64,000 nt of DNA, taken from the NCBI GenBank assembly GCA_951406725.2, contig OX597826.1:41478001-41542000 (forward strand). The letters run 5' to 3'. The stretch is from Octopus vulgaris (lineage: Eukaryota). Shown one piece after another: positions 44,500-59,221 of this stretch. Position numbers and translations under genes: made by a program. The notes below the pieces were generated by a model. That model was not told where the DNA came from. It saw only the letters and a list, made by a program, of their open reading frames with translations, and did not search any database. The first letter of the stretch is position 1, and each line of letters begins with the position of its first letter.

Positions 44500-45420
44500 C
44501 TCTTTGCCTGTAGATTTTTTCGATAATGCCTAAAAATCAACAATCTGTTCCCAAGGTACACAAAAGAATCCACGATGCTATAGAAAGTATCAATCTTGAC
44601 CCAAACAAGCCATGGGCAGATATCGAAACAAAAGTATTTCAAGCTGCAAGTTCGTCAGTGGGATTTAAATCACGTAAGTCCAGTGACTGGTTCTCAGATA
44701 GATCAGTAGAAATTCATGATCTACTTTTAGAAAAACAAAACTTAGGCAATACACTTCTTTCTCAGTCCTTGAATCCCAACGCATACGAAGTTTACAGAAA
44801 GCTGAAAAGAAAAGTGCAGACTGCTCTAGGGAAAATTAAACAGGAATAATGGAATGATAGAGCAAAAGGGGCACATGAAGCAGCTGGTAGAAATGATACT
44901 AAGGGTTTGTACTCTTATGTTAAGGAGGTATATGGCCCAACATCTTCTTCAATAGATCCAGTGAGAAGAGCAAATGGACGTTGACCTCTGACACCGCTTC
45001 TATTCATAAGCGCTGGGTAGAATATTTGTTTTTTGCACTTTTGAATAGACCATCATCCGCTGACATGAGAATGATAGAAAAAATCAAGCACCTTCCAGTT
45101 ATAGAAGAGATGGCATTTGAACCAACTCTAAATGACATTTAGCTGTGAATAAGCTGAATAACAATAAGTCTCCAGGGTCTGATGGAATTTGAGCAGAAGT
45201 CTTAAAATATGGGGGTGACAAAATGTTTGAGCTCTTAAATATATAAATTTGTCACTGTTAGAGAACTGAGAATGTACCTCAAGACTGGACTGATGCCATT
45301 TTAGCATCCTTGTAAAAATCGGGGCCCAATGATCTATGTGGTAATTCGCGTGGGATTTCGCTTTTGTCTGTAATTGGAAAGGTACTTGCCCGCATTTTGT
45401 TAGAACGTTTTAATACCATA
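44500..45420 (+). mobile_element. Decayed RTE-clade LINE ORF fragment (linker to RT domains 0-2)
   Basis: DWF, NKSPGSDGI*AEVLKYGG, VPQDWTDAI and CGNSRGISLLSVIGKVLARILL, with stops. Confidence 0.85.
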
Positions 45421-45563
45421 TTTTTCACACCGTAGGTTGTCGGTTGCCCAACAACACCCTTCTCACCAATCAAGCCTGGTGGGGTTGCCAGTTTAGTCGC
45501 CAACGACCCGACCATGCGACAATTTGTACTGGATTACGTGTTACCAGTAGCGCCCTGAGCATA

Positions 45564-45607
<44 letters not shown>

Positions 45608-45626
45608 GTATATATATATATATGTA

Positions 45627-45664
<38 letters not shown>

Positions 45665-45726
45665 CATATATAAATATATACATGTAGACATCTAATTTTC
45701 AGAAAAGCCTTTTCTATTCATTTTTC

Positions 45727-45796
<70 letters not shown>

Positions 45797-45836
45797 TGTA
45801 TATGCATATGTAAATATGTATGCATATACATATATA

Positions 45837-46102
45837 CAGGGGTGTAGCTTGGGTAAACGGCGCCCAGGGCAAGCATCAAAATTGCGCCACCCACCCAACC
45901 ACAAAGCAGCGCATGCATTTTGCGAGGCAAAGTAAGAACACTTATTCTGTCTAGTCGCATGGATGGCGATATGCAAAACAAACTATGCCTGAAAAAGTTT
46001 AAAAAATGTTTTTTAATAGCTTAATTATAAAATGATCTTGGCCAAAACAGCGCCTCTCTCAAAATAGCGCCCTGCTTGCCAACCCCGCTAGCTACGCCTC
46101 TG
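45837..46102. mobile_element. hAT-like MITE
   Basis: TIRs CAGGGGTGTAGCT / AGCTACGCCTCTG with internal GGCGCC subterminal repeats. The TSD is imperfect. Confidence 0.6.
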
Positions 46103-46106
46103 CATG

Positions 46107-46170
<64 letters not shown>

Positions 46171-46189
46171 ATATATACATACCTATATG

Positions 46190-46387
46190 TGATCTCGTGT
46201 GTACCGTTGGCGATTTTTTTCCTCTGTCTTCCCTTCTCGGGATCTTTCCTTCTCCTATGTTTCCGACGAAGAGCTCCGCTCGAAACGTTAAACCCTCCTT
46301 CTTCCCTTCTTTCCTGAGCGTCCAATAATATTATATTTGTTCCACGTCCTCACGTTGTTGTGTTTTTGTGTGTTTTCTTGTTTGGAT

Positions 46388-46392
<5 letters not shown>
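46190..46392 (+). mobile_element. Diverged family B relative with hammerhead motif at 46259-46293
   Basis: gttt-CCGACGA-A-GAGC tcc GCTC-GAAA-CGTT-aaac, followed by the TTCCTGAGCG motif shared with family B. (TA)n flanks. Confidence 0.7.
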
Positions 46393-46443
<51 letters not shown>

Positions 46444-46736
46444 AACATACATATGTATATCCCTATATTTAAACGCACATATACATACATTACATGCATA
46501 CCTACAATCTGCAATTCCAGACGAATCAATAGTATGATAATAAATACAACTGAGACCAGCATTATCCAGCTTTTATTTACCTAGAGTTAAGTACTATAGA
46601 ATTAAATAGGTGCTGCTACTGCATAGTCGCGCACCTTTCACTGAAGCTAATACAAAATCAACAGAATTATGTATGTATGTATGTGTATGTACGTATGAAT
46701 ATGTGCGTATATGTATATATGCATGCATGCATACAT

Positions 46737-46780
<44 letters not shown>

Positions 46781-46834
46781 GTACGTATGTATTTGTGGAT
46801 TTATGCACTTATGTATGTAACTCACACACACACG

Positions 46835-46877
<43 letters not shown>

Positions 46878-47229
46878 GTACATACATAATATATATATAT
46901 TACGTATTCTTTTAATCTTCTATTCCATTACTTGTTTCAGTCATTTGGCTGCGGCCATGATGGGTCACCGCCTTTTGTCGAACAAATCAACCCTAGGACT
47001 TATTCTTTGTAAGTCTAGTACTTATTCTGTCGGTCACTTTTACCGAACCGGCAAAGCCCAACATAAGGACACAGGAAATGTGTCAAGTCCAACGGTGCTT
47101 CCTTGGGATAAATAACAGTAGCATTCTTCCCTTTCATGGGACTGTCACATTAAGTTGACAACATACTGTCACTTTATTATGCTGCTACTGCATAAATCTC
47201 TCAGAGAGATTTAGAAATGTATTATTTCT

Positions 47230-47440
47230 ATTTTCAAGTTCGTCAATTTTTCGGTGATGGTCCTCCAAGACCAGTTCATGAATTTTCATGATGTTTTCAG
47301 TCGTTCAGGACGCTCTGAACGAGGTTGGTCTTCAAGCGACAAGTGACCATTACTAAAGCTTAAGTCTTAAGTGGTGCGAGATGGATTTTAGTTCCAAGTT
47401 CTTTACTGGTGTGGGATGGATATCCAGTTTCATCTGAGAG
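47230..47440 (-). mobile_element. Mariner N-terminal remnant
   Basis: Minus-strand SLEDQPRSERP, resembling the mariner LEDxxRSGRP motif. Confidence 0.5.
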
Positions 47441-47993
47441 AAAGAAGTTTGTTCAATTAATCCGTTTTGTTACTAAAAGAAATAAATAAAAATGAAAATT
47501 GAAAAATAAAAATGAAAAATAAAAATACAAAAGATTATTGTTATTAATGTTATTGTTGTTTTTATTCTTGTGACGACGACGACGATGATGATAATGATGA
47601 TGATGATGGTGGTGGTGATGATGATGATGACGATGATGATGATGATGGTGATAACGAAAATAGAGCTGCTGTCTATGGACGACGAAGACATCGATGATAA
47701 TCACGACGACGACGACGACTACGATGTTGGTGAAGATGATGACGATGATAATATCGGTAGTGGTGACCGTCGTGGTGTAGGTGATGAATAGAATTACACA
47801 CAAAATTTGATTCTTCTTTCTCATAGATGGAATTCCTGAACCCTGCCACTTCCCCCACCAAAAAAACCCCAAAAAAACAAAACAAAAAAAAAACAAACAA
47901 AAAATAGTAAAAAGGCATTATAAGTATATTAAGGAAAATAAGGTTTTTTATATTTTGCTAAATAAATACCCTTCCATATTTAGTTTTACTGTG

Positions 47994-48055
<62 letters not shown>

Positions 48056-48700
48056 TTGTGTGTCTGTGTTTGGCCCCACCACAGTTGCTTGACAACCGAT
48101 ATTGATGTTTTATGTCCCTGTAACTTAGCAGTTTGGCAAAAGAGACCTATAGAATACGTACTAGGCTTACAAAGAATAAGTCCTGAGGTCATTTTGTTCG
48201 ACCAAAGGCGGTGCTCCAGCATGACCGCAGTCAAATGACTGAAGCATGTCAAAGAATAAAAGAATATATTTATATATGTTTTATTATAACGTTTTACATG
48301 CATTATATACATATGTGTGTGTGTGTGGGGGGGTGTATGTGTGTGTTTTGTTTATATTATATATTCTGATATTCTTTACTAAAATCTTCGCTCTGGGCAT
48401 CAAGAAAAATTCTTTCTAAATTAACGAAACTCGTGAAAGCAAGTACAGATTTTTGATATTTGGTAAGGATTTCTAGAATGTATGTATGCATGTGTATGTA
48501 TGTATGTATGTATGTATGTATGTATGTATGTATGTATGTATGTATGTATGTATGTATGTATGTATGTACGTATGTATGTATGTACGTATGTATGTGTATA
48601 CATATATATGCATATGTATATATTTGAATGTATACAAATATATACACACACATTTATATATATATAAATAATCTATATATGCCTATACAAATATACGTAC

Positions 48701-48750
<50 letters not shown>

Positions 48751-49018
48751 ATCTATATGCATCTGTGTACGCAGACAGCTTAGTTTTTCCTTGGTGCTGG
48801 CCAGATCGGAGCAATCTCAAGATTAATCAGCCGAAATTGCAAGGATGATCCGGTTCTTGACTGAAGATTAGAGGCTTCGAATGACCCCTCCGTGTTTTTT
48901 GTATCGTCTATTTGAATGTTTTGCGTTCTTGTTCCATTTTGTATATATATATATATATGTGTGTGTCAAGATAGAAAGATTTATATGCATATTTGTACAA
49001 ATATATATTTATGTATAT

Positions 49019-49058
<40 letters not shown>

Positions 49059-49319
49059 ATAAGCACACAATTCTGTATCTATATCTCTCCTCTTTCCTTC
49101 AATCATCCTCCCTCTCGCTCCTGTCTCTCTGTACACACACCTCCGCAAATAGAACCGGAAATTTACAAAAATATATAAATAAAAGCAAACAATCTATTTC
49201 ATTTATTTCTTACAATTTTATTAGACCTGTTTCTTTAAATCTAATCCTATTCAACTGTTGATAAACTGCTTCTAATATTGTTTACGATTTTGAGACGTAT
49301 ATTGGAATGCATTTTCAAC

Positions 49320-49740
49320 CGCCGTGTCCAGTTCTCGTCGCAAAGAAATGGGTCTGTTTGACTAGAATGTCAGACCAAAAATGTATCTGTCGTAGTCTCT
49401 TGAATCATTATCGATGCCACCACTGAAAAATAGCCGTTGTCGCTAAAATATTAAAATGATGTTGGCTGTCTCTTCAGATTCGGCAGGCATTGTCCTTCGT
49501 GAGTTTGTTTCACTTTGTTAGATACCTTTAAAATGTTTTCCCTGGGTCTCCTGAGACATTTAGGACAGCCAAAATGAGGGACCTGGCCTGAGGGGTTGAA
49601 AATCACCACTGGACTAACCAGAGCCAATATGTTAAGAATATTAAGAGACATATGAGAAGGTGTGTGTGGTCGTAGTGCAACAGCTGGAGTCTGTCTCAGA
49701 ACTTGCTTAGGAAGATGAACTCAGATGTGTTGAGTGGCTT
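49320..49740 (-). mobile_element. Possible decayed LINE (RTE-like) 3' ORF fragment
   Basis: Non-microsatellite, higher-GC stretch with weak HFG- and W..R-like remnants. No intact motif. Confidence 0.3.
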
Positions 49741-49759
49741 GCATCTGCGCGAATCATTG

Positions 49760-49790
<31 letters not shown>

Positions 49791-49883
49791 CTATATATGT
49801 ATTATATTTATATATATATATATATATATATTACAAACACGCACGCAATGCACATGTATTATGTGCGTGTATATATAATATAC

Positions 49884-49935
<52 letters not shown>

Positions 49936-50126
49936 CAAACACGCACGCACGCATATACACATGTATTATGTGCGTGTATATATAATATACATACATATAT
50001 ATATATCTATTTATCTATCTATCTATCTATCTGTATATATATATATATATATATATATACTTGCTTTCCAACCACATACGTTGTGAGTGCATTGTGAGTG
50101 GATTTGGTAGACAGAAATTGAAAGAA

Positions 50127-50215
<89 letters not shown>

Positions 50216-50809
50216 ATTGTTGCATGTGTTTGCCTCCCTGTAACTTAGTGGTTCTGCAAAATAGATAGGTACAATAAGTACCTAGCTTTAAAAAAATAAA
50301 TACTGGTGTCTATACATTTGACTAAAAATTCTTCAAGTCGGTGCCCCAGCATGGCCGCAGTTTAATGATCGAAACAGGCAAAAGACAAATCTTTCCTGCG
50401 TTTAAAACAATAATGGGTGGTCTGAGGGAGATTTAGCTGCAATATTATTACGGGAGGAGAGACTAGGTAGAGTTCTTTGATAACTCATTTGTATGCTTAA
50501 ATGCTGTCTGTAAATTGATTTCCTATGTTGCCGCGCAGTGCTGATTGATGTCTTTAGAATATATCTTAAAGACTCATAAAGAGACTAACTCAGTGTTTTT
50601 GGAGTAAATTAATAACAGTTGAGAGACTGCAACAGAGACTGCAGCAAAATGTAGGGGGGGTGAAGCTTGGGGATCGACGAACCAGCATAATAGATCATAA
50701 TCATATAACATGTAACATGTTGAAGCTATGGAACTAACAACATATGGTGCATATATTGTTACATATTGAACTATAAACTTCAATATCGACTTATACAACG
50801 AGTTCGTAC

Positions 50810-50853
<44 letters not shown>

Positions 50854-50867
50854 CAATGATGATGATA

Positions 50868-50900
<33 letters not shown>

Positions 50901-51275
50901 TTAATATGCGGAAGATACAGATGCTACGTTGACCAAGTTGAACGACAAGTCAGAACTGGATATAGCAGCATTTTAAGGGTCATTTTTGGACTAACAACCT
51001 CTCTACGTACAAAATTCACTCACAGTTTACTCGTCCACTAAATTTACTCACAAGGTATTAACCATCCCGAGGTTATGGTTGAAAATACTTGCCCCAGTGT
51101 GCCGCGCTGTGGCACATTCTGAGACAGAATCCATGTGGTTGCGAAGCAAACTTCTTAACCAAAAATCCGTCTCTCTCATTCTCCTTCTCTCTATCATTCA
51201 CTCCCCCCCCTCTCTCTCTATATATATATATACACACACAGTATATGTGTACATATACTTATATATAATATATAT

Positions 51276-51309
<34 letters not shown>

Positions 51310-51608
51310 GAGTGACCGACTGCTTAAGACATTTGGTACGTAGCAGTGAGTACCAGGATTCAGTTCCAAGGTGTGACAACTTGGTAAAATGTCTGTCACC
51401 AAGCGTCAAGTCGATTCATGTCTTGGATCGACGTGACGCTTGCATCTAGTTCACAATAAAGATCTCTATTTACCACTTCGAAGTCGTGTGTTCATTTCTT
51501 CAGTGTGATTCAACAAAATTGTGGTCTGTATTGACTGTATTGACACCAGTAATTTATTGGTATTAAGATCAAGACAACTGATTATAAAAAGAGTAATCAG
51601 AAAAGTAA

Positions 51609-52300
51609 GGCGGCGAGCTGGCAGAAACGTTAGCACGCCGGGCGAAATGCGTAGCCGTATTTGGTCTGCCGTTACGTTCTGAGTTCAAATTCCGCCGAGG
51701 TCGACTTTGCCTTTCATACTTTCGGGGTCGATTAAATAAGTACCAGTTACGCACTGGGGTCGATATAATCGACTTAATCCGTGTGTCTGTCCTTGTTTGT
51801 CATCTCTATGTTTAGCCCCTTGTGGGTAGTAAAGAAATAGGTATTTCGTCTGCCGTTACCTCCTGAGTTCAAATTCCGCTGAGGTCGACTTTGTCTTTCA
51901 TCCTTTCGGGGTCGATTAAATAAGTACCAGTTACGCACTGGGGCCGATATAATCGATTTAATCCCTTTGTCTGTCCTTGTTTGTCCTCTCTATGTTTAGC
52001 CCCTTGTGGGTAGTAAAGAAATAGGTATTTCGTCTGCCGTTACGTCCTGAGTTCAAATTCCGCTGAGGTCGACTTTGTCTTTCATCCTTTCGGGGTCGAT
52101 TAAATAAGTACCAGTTACGCACTGGGGTCGATATAATCGTCTGTCTTTACGTTTTGAGTTCAAATTCTGCCGAGGTCGACTTTGCCTTTTATCATTTCGG
52201 GCTCGATAAATTAAGTTACCAGTTGCCTACTGGGATCGATCTAATCGACTGGTCCCCTTCCCCCAAAATTTCGGGCCTTGTGCCCAGAGTAGAAAATATT
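51609..52300 (+). mobile_element. Tandem array of family N SINE: one headed copy plus three headless units
   Basis: Units restart at GTATTTCGTCTGCCG at 51841 and 52025 (184-bp period). The final unit carries the older tail type. Confidence 0.85.
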
Positions 52301-52649
52301 GTTGTTGACTACTCACAGATCAGCTTTGTCGATCAATGGCGTGTCAGTCCTGACAATCCCATCTGTTAATTTTGATCAGGCATAGATTTCTAGGATTACA
52401 TTATCCAATATGTTCTTTTGATATTTATGACAGTATTTATTGTGACAGCATGGAAGAGATTTGGCTATTATTTCTAGCAGGTCAAGCATTATTTATATCT
52501 TATTAAACTTTAAAAGACAACACGAAGCAAGGGCAGGGCTCACCATTCATGATGGCGTTGAAGCATTGGATTCAAACTTTTGTTCAGTTTATTAAGTGAA
52601 TGTAACAGCTGCCGGGTCACATTCTCAACTTCAGATCACAACTGCTTGT

Positions 52650-52711
<62 letters not shown>

Positions 52712-53587
52712 TATGTATGTATGTATGATGTAAGTATGTATGCGTGCATGTATGTATATATTGATGGATAGATGCATGTAGTGATGTATGTGTGTATGTG
52801 TATATATACACACGCACATATACATACACACACGTATATGTACAGAAGCACGTATACACGCAGTTCCTCAGCACAAGACCAAAAAGTGCTCTTTTTAATT
52901 TTTGGTGACAGTATAGTTCTGTGTCATTGCCAAGTAACCAAACTCTCAATGAATTAGATTACCAAGTTAACATAAAATGTACCATAGAAAGGAGCGAAAC
53001 CCAGGCTCCCCTGCTCGCCTAGCTGAGAAAAAAAACTGTCAAGGTATTAGTCGGTCTCTGGCTGGTTTATGGTTGAGCTTCTGACAGTAGAGACCTCCTG
53101 CGTTCTTGGTCCCCGGACCACATTCCTGCTTATCGCAATCGGGACAGAGATTGCTGTCCGCAAGTGCGAACCCTGAAAGTCAGAGTGGCTATTCAAGCAC
53201 TTCTTCCTCGCTATTATCCGGACCAACGCCGTTTCCATTTCGTCTGCCATGAGAAATGTTTCTATATTGTGAGAGGCAAGATTCTCCGTATTTGAGTAAA
53301 ACAACATCGGCATTACCACAGAAAGGATCAAGGAAAGGAGTCAGTAGCACCAGCAGCATATAACTAACGACTCTGTTCTTCGAAGAATGCGGGTTCAAAT
53401 AGAGCTTTGATTGAAATGCTGGGTGACCGGCAGCAAGAATACTCGATTCTCGATTACCACATATAAAATATTGTGGAGAACGCTTGTAGATCATATTTGA
53501 TTGGTGATTAAGTTACACGTAATTGAGGCTAATAAGAATCTCAGAGAGTGGCATTTAACGACAGACCTAAAATATAAAAAACTGTGA

Positions 53588-53649
53588 GCGTAAAACACAG
53601 AAATGACAAACCAAACACAAAGTTTTTTAATTGAAATAACAATTTTATT
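53588..53649 (-). terminator. Putative polyadenylation signal of the KLF gene
   Basis: Minus-strand AATAAA at 53649-53644, followed ~20 nt later by GU-rich TTTGTGTTTGGTTTGTCATTTCTGTGTTTT. Confidence 0.5.
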
Positions 53650-54070
53650 TTAGCTTATAAATTCTTTTTTCATCTTAAAAATCTCTTATATACATTAAAT
53701 GTTTCATAATATTTCTTCATTATACATATATACACATATACATATATATATATATGAAGTATATATGTAATAATACATACAGACAATTATACATATATTT
53801 ATATTTAAAAAAAAAAAGAAAAACATGTTTTTCCTAGTCTTGCTACTTTGACCTTCCGTAGACTAGGGAGGGTTTACAAAAATACACATTTGATTAATTC
53901 AACAAAGTTTTAACAAGAAGCACCGAAGGAAATTCGTTGCCAAGATTCTGGCAGTATTGGTACCGTAGTATAGCAGTGTTCTCACAAAGGACATGTTGTA
54001 AGTTGTTCATGTTTTAGTAACCGCAACATAATTTGCATTCAGAAAACAATAGCTTCAAATAGGTTATGCG

Positions 54071-54118
<48 letters not shown>

Positions 54119-54132
54119 CATATATTATGTAT

Positions 54133-54169
<37 letters not shown>

Positions 54170-54469
54170 GATGCAGATTATGTTACAAGTTAAAACATTA
54201 CAATATTGTCAAGTGTTAGATTTTGTTTCGAAGATCATCAGTTTTCTCTTCTTTAATAAATCAATTATTAAATGAAGGAAATATAAACAAAAAAGTGTTT
54301 TACTGAAATCAAATTTTGAACAGATGCAAGCGCAATGATTTTGTATTTTATGAAACGTATTTGTGAAGGACTGAAGTATGGATGGATAGATGAGTAGATT
54401 GACAGATCCATGAATAGATAGATAGATGGATAGATAGATAGATAAATAGAGAGGTAAATAGATAGCCAA

Positions 54470-54512
<43 letters not shown>

Positions 54513-54575
54513 CATAGGGAGTGAGAGATAGGTTATATATATATGCTATATATATATATATATATTATATATATG

Positions 54576-54614
<39 letters not shown>

Positions 54615-54761
54615 TATACGGTAGTAGATAAAGATGAATGAAGTCGAAGATGATGATTATGGTAAAAGATGGCAGATGATACTGTTGCTGATAATGAAGG
54701 CGATGTTCATGATGATGGTAGTGGTGTTGGTAATGATGATGATGATGATGATGATGATGTA

Positions 54762-54793
<32 letters not shown>

Positions 54794-54984
54794 CGATGAT
54801 GATGATGATGATGATGATGATTATGGTGATGATGATGATAACTGTGGGAGGAAACGCTTGCTTGTGTTTAGCCGTCAACAGCTTCACATTAGATTTATTG
54901 TAGTTTTTTTTTTTCGCTTTTCGTTGCCCTTGAGGCAAAATAACTTTCATTATTATCATTATTTACTACAACTATTATAACCAT

Positions 54985-55016
<32 letters not shown>

Positions 55017-55207
55017 TCACAGAAATTATTATTTTTACTCCTAAAAATGTGCCACTGGAAGCAATCATTTGCTTAAATTAAATAAATAAAACGTATTACG
55101 GTTTCCTAATCCAAGAGTCACAACGACTTATAACGATGGTCATGTAGAAGTCAGAAATTTGGCCATTATGCCGCGCTTTGACTAATAGTAGTAGTAGTAG
55201 TAGTAGA

Positions 55208-55250
<43 letters not shown>

Positions 55251-55533
55251 GTCATAATAATAATATACGTTATATATATTGCATATATACTTTATATGTT
55301 TATATATATAATTATTACTTAAAATAATAATACAATAATAAAGTATGATGATGATGATGATAATAATAATAATAATAATAATAATACCAATAATGATAAT
55401 AATGATAATAATAATGCTGATGATTATAGTAATGATAATATTGGTAGCAATAAAGATAATGCCAGTAGTAATAATATAAGCCAAGAGTGATTAAGCAAAC
55501 AAGAAAAGCGTTTAAACGAACACTAGTGTTGCT

Positions 55534-55639
<106 letters not shown>

Positions 55640-56092
55640 TATGTATGTATGTATATATACATATATCGAATTTTCTGAATTTAGTTCAGATTTATATTGC
55701 AATATTAGAAATGGCGTTTTAATAAACATTTATATATTTATGTTATAATAAAATTGTTATTAATAATAAACATCAGCATTATTTAAAGAAAGTTATTATT
55801 GTTGGATATTTAGTTGCTGTTTTTCTGTATAAAAAAAATAAAGAAAGAATACTAATATAACTACAAAAACATTAATAAACGTACAACTTTTTAATATACT
55901 TTCGTTTTTTTTTTTATATTTTAATTTTCTATAACATGCTAATACTGTGATTGTAAAGTGTTCCCTTTGCATATATACATACATGCATATATAAACACAA
56001 ATATATACGCATATACGCGCGCGTGCACGTACTCCCACATAAAAACAAATATGCATACATACAATCGATATACTAACGAATATATTCATATC

Positions 56093-56136
<44 letters not shown>

Positions 56137-56266
56137 CATCTAGAGTCTGAAAATATGTATGTAAGTGTGTATGTATGTAAATATGTATACATGTATATGT
56201 ATATATATATTTATGTATATATATATATGTATATGTATCTATATATATATCTAATTATATATATAC

Positions 56267-56337
<71 letters not shown>

Positions 56338-57160
56338 TGCACTCATGTACACCTATGTATATGCATGCGTATATATATTACACACGCACGCATGTACGCG
56401 TACTTGTGTGAGTGCGTGTATAAATGCGTGTGAAAGCTAGAGAGATCCAAATGCTATCGTCGTGGAAAAAAGATAGTAGAAAGTAATACACCACTATATA
56501 TCTATGTGTAAAAACCTTGGTTAATAACATCAGATATGACAATTAGTGGCGATTATTAGTTGTCGCTGCTCTTTTGGCTCCAGTTTAATATCGGTCAAAG
56601 ACGTATTACAACCCTGCGTACTCCGTTGCACAGTACTGAGGTGGCTATCGACGCCTCTAGGATTTACACAGCGTCGTTATGTTCTTTGCCGTGTGGCATG
56701 AGACAGATTTCACAGCCGAGGAGTGGAGCCTCCTTAATTGTGTCGGTCTGTTTGTTGGCTGGTGCCATAAGTAACAAGAACAACAACTATAACAACGGGA
56801 GAGCAGTATCATCTTCATCAAGAACCGGAGAGATAATTCATATAGAAAAATATAACAGCAACTAAATAACAACAACAACAACAACAAAGATAATAATTAT
56901 TATTATGATGATGATGATAATAATTATAATAATAATAATAATATATTTAACAATTGTGAAAACACCAACAACTTTAGAAATCATAACCCTCTTTAGGTGA
57001 TTATTAATTATAATAATTGAATTATTATTATAAGACATTATTTTTTGCTTTTTTTGTTGTTTGAAGTGAGGGTTTATAGGAAGAGACTTCGATGAAAATG
57101 CTCTCATATATATATATATATATATATATACGCGCACTCACACATATGATATTAATTATA

Positions 57161-57215
<55 letters not shown>

Positions 57216-59221
57216 CATATATGCAGTTTAACATATATACAGATAAGAGATTTGTACATATACACATATATGCATGAATGCGTGCTAACATATAGTGCTA
57301 AGCGTTTCAGTTTTTGTATATAAAAAAAATTAAAATTAATTAAAAATCTGATTAATTTTGGAGACACTCTTTAAGTGTCGAAATTTTTCCAAAAGATTCT
57401 TTTCTTTTTTTTTTTGCTTTGTTTTACAGATTTTTGCGTTTTTGATTGTCCTCTAAGAATAATATTTAAGGTGAGATTAATTTAACTGCTGTACTAAATA
57501 AACATAAATTATTTTTCTTTTCTTTTTTTTTTTTTGTTTAGTGGTTTTTCTCTTGTTATTGTGTTTTATTTATTCATATCTTTGCTGACAGAATGATTTA
57601 ACTTCTCAGCGGATTGCGTTCTCTGTGTGCCCGGGAGCGGATAACACAAGCTCGAGTCGTGTTGGTGGCGGTGTTGGGCAGCTAAATGATGGAAGTAAAA
57701 AAAAAAAAAGAAAACAAACAAACAAAAATATTCATAGAAGCTGACTATCCCAGTTTCGAACAGAAGTGTCATTCTACTATTATCGTTTTGAATATTATTA
57801 TTATTTAATATTTTTGTAATCGGAGGAGTGTGTGCGTGAGTTGGGTAGGGGTTAATTAAAGGAGTTAAGGCGATTATGAAGCAGAGCTTTAAATAATTTG
57901 TATGATTATCTAATTTGTTCAAAGCTACATCAGTGCCATCGCAATAATAGTAATAATAATAATAACAACAATAATAATAGTAATAATGATAACAGCTTTT
58001 TCTTTTGTTTTTACTTTTACCAGAAAAAAAAAATATCAAGCAGACAAAAACAAACAATAACAACAACAAAAAAACCCCAATGCTTTGTCGGAATTTCAGT
58101 TCATTTTTGTTGTTGTTGTTATTGGGGTTGGGGATAGGAGAAAAAGCATTGAATTGTTGTTGCTGACTGGTACGTCCATCTTTAGAGTGCGACCTACAGA
58201 ATGGTGCCAACCGTTATTCGGGGTTGGGAATGAGGGGAAACGAAGGGAGACAAAGTAGAATATTCGGACATTTTCTTTTTTTCTCCTTTTTTTTTACGGC
58301 CTGCCGTAAAAAAAAACACACAAAATAAAAATAAGAAAAATAGAGAAAGAAGCAAAAACACACACACACACACACATATATATATAAAAACACGTAAATA
58401 TACTATATATATACATATATAAATATTTGTATATTTCTGTGCGTGTGTGTGAGTGTATATTATGTTCAGAAGTCTATAGAATATTCCGATCTGGTGAAAC
58501 ATGTAATCATATCAAAGTACATCGCTAAATGATAATTCTTAGAAAGTCACAAATGGTGAAAAAATTTCGAAGAGAAAAAGTTATAAAATATATAAAAAGA
58601 CAAATGTTTTTTTTTCTTATATTTTATCCATTCATGCAAATTATCCGTTATGTGTGTATGTGTTTGTATATGTGTGTATGTGAATGTGTGTGAACGTATT
58701 GGTGTAATTTTTGCGATTTCAGTTCTTTCTTTGTAAATATATTCTTTGTAATGTTTCTGTATTATTTTTTCAGTCAAAGATATCAGACATTTCTCTCAGC
58801 TCTCGGAGCTATTCATTTTAAAAAAGAAGTATAAAGAAGAAAAGGAATATTTTCTTCATTAACATCAACAACAATAATAGCAACAACAACAATAATAACA
58901 GCACTATATCGTTATGTTTCAAGCTTTACAATCAAGTTTATATATTAATTGATCAATGTAAAAAGAAATGTTATTTTTTCTTTGAACCAATGATTCGGTG
59001 ATTAGATGTCCATGTTTCGTCGTTTCCCTACCATCGCTACGACCCCCACCGTCACTAGAATTTCTGCATCCCAACGCCGCTGGTTGGGCTGATTCTTTTT
59101 CGTTGATGTTATATATATATTTATTTCATATATTTTCCGTTCATATTTTCCATTCATATTCTTTGATAGGTCGTCCATTATTTCTTCATTTGCCGATCAA
59201 ACAGTAAAATCGTGTTGTCTC

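Noticed and set aside
48855-48890. Hammerhead in family A (CTGAAGA...CTTCGAATGAC)
   Set aside because: The core overlaps stem II and only GAA is present, so it cannot be supported without a family alignment.
51609-52300. CRISPR-like array
   Set aside because: These are 184-bp SINE units without unique spacers, in a eukaryotic context with no cas genes.
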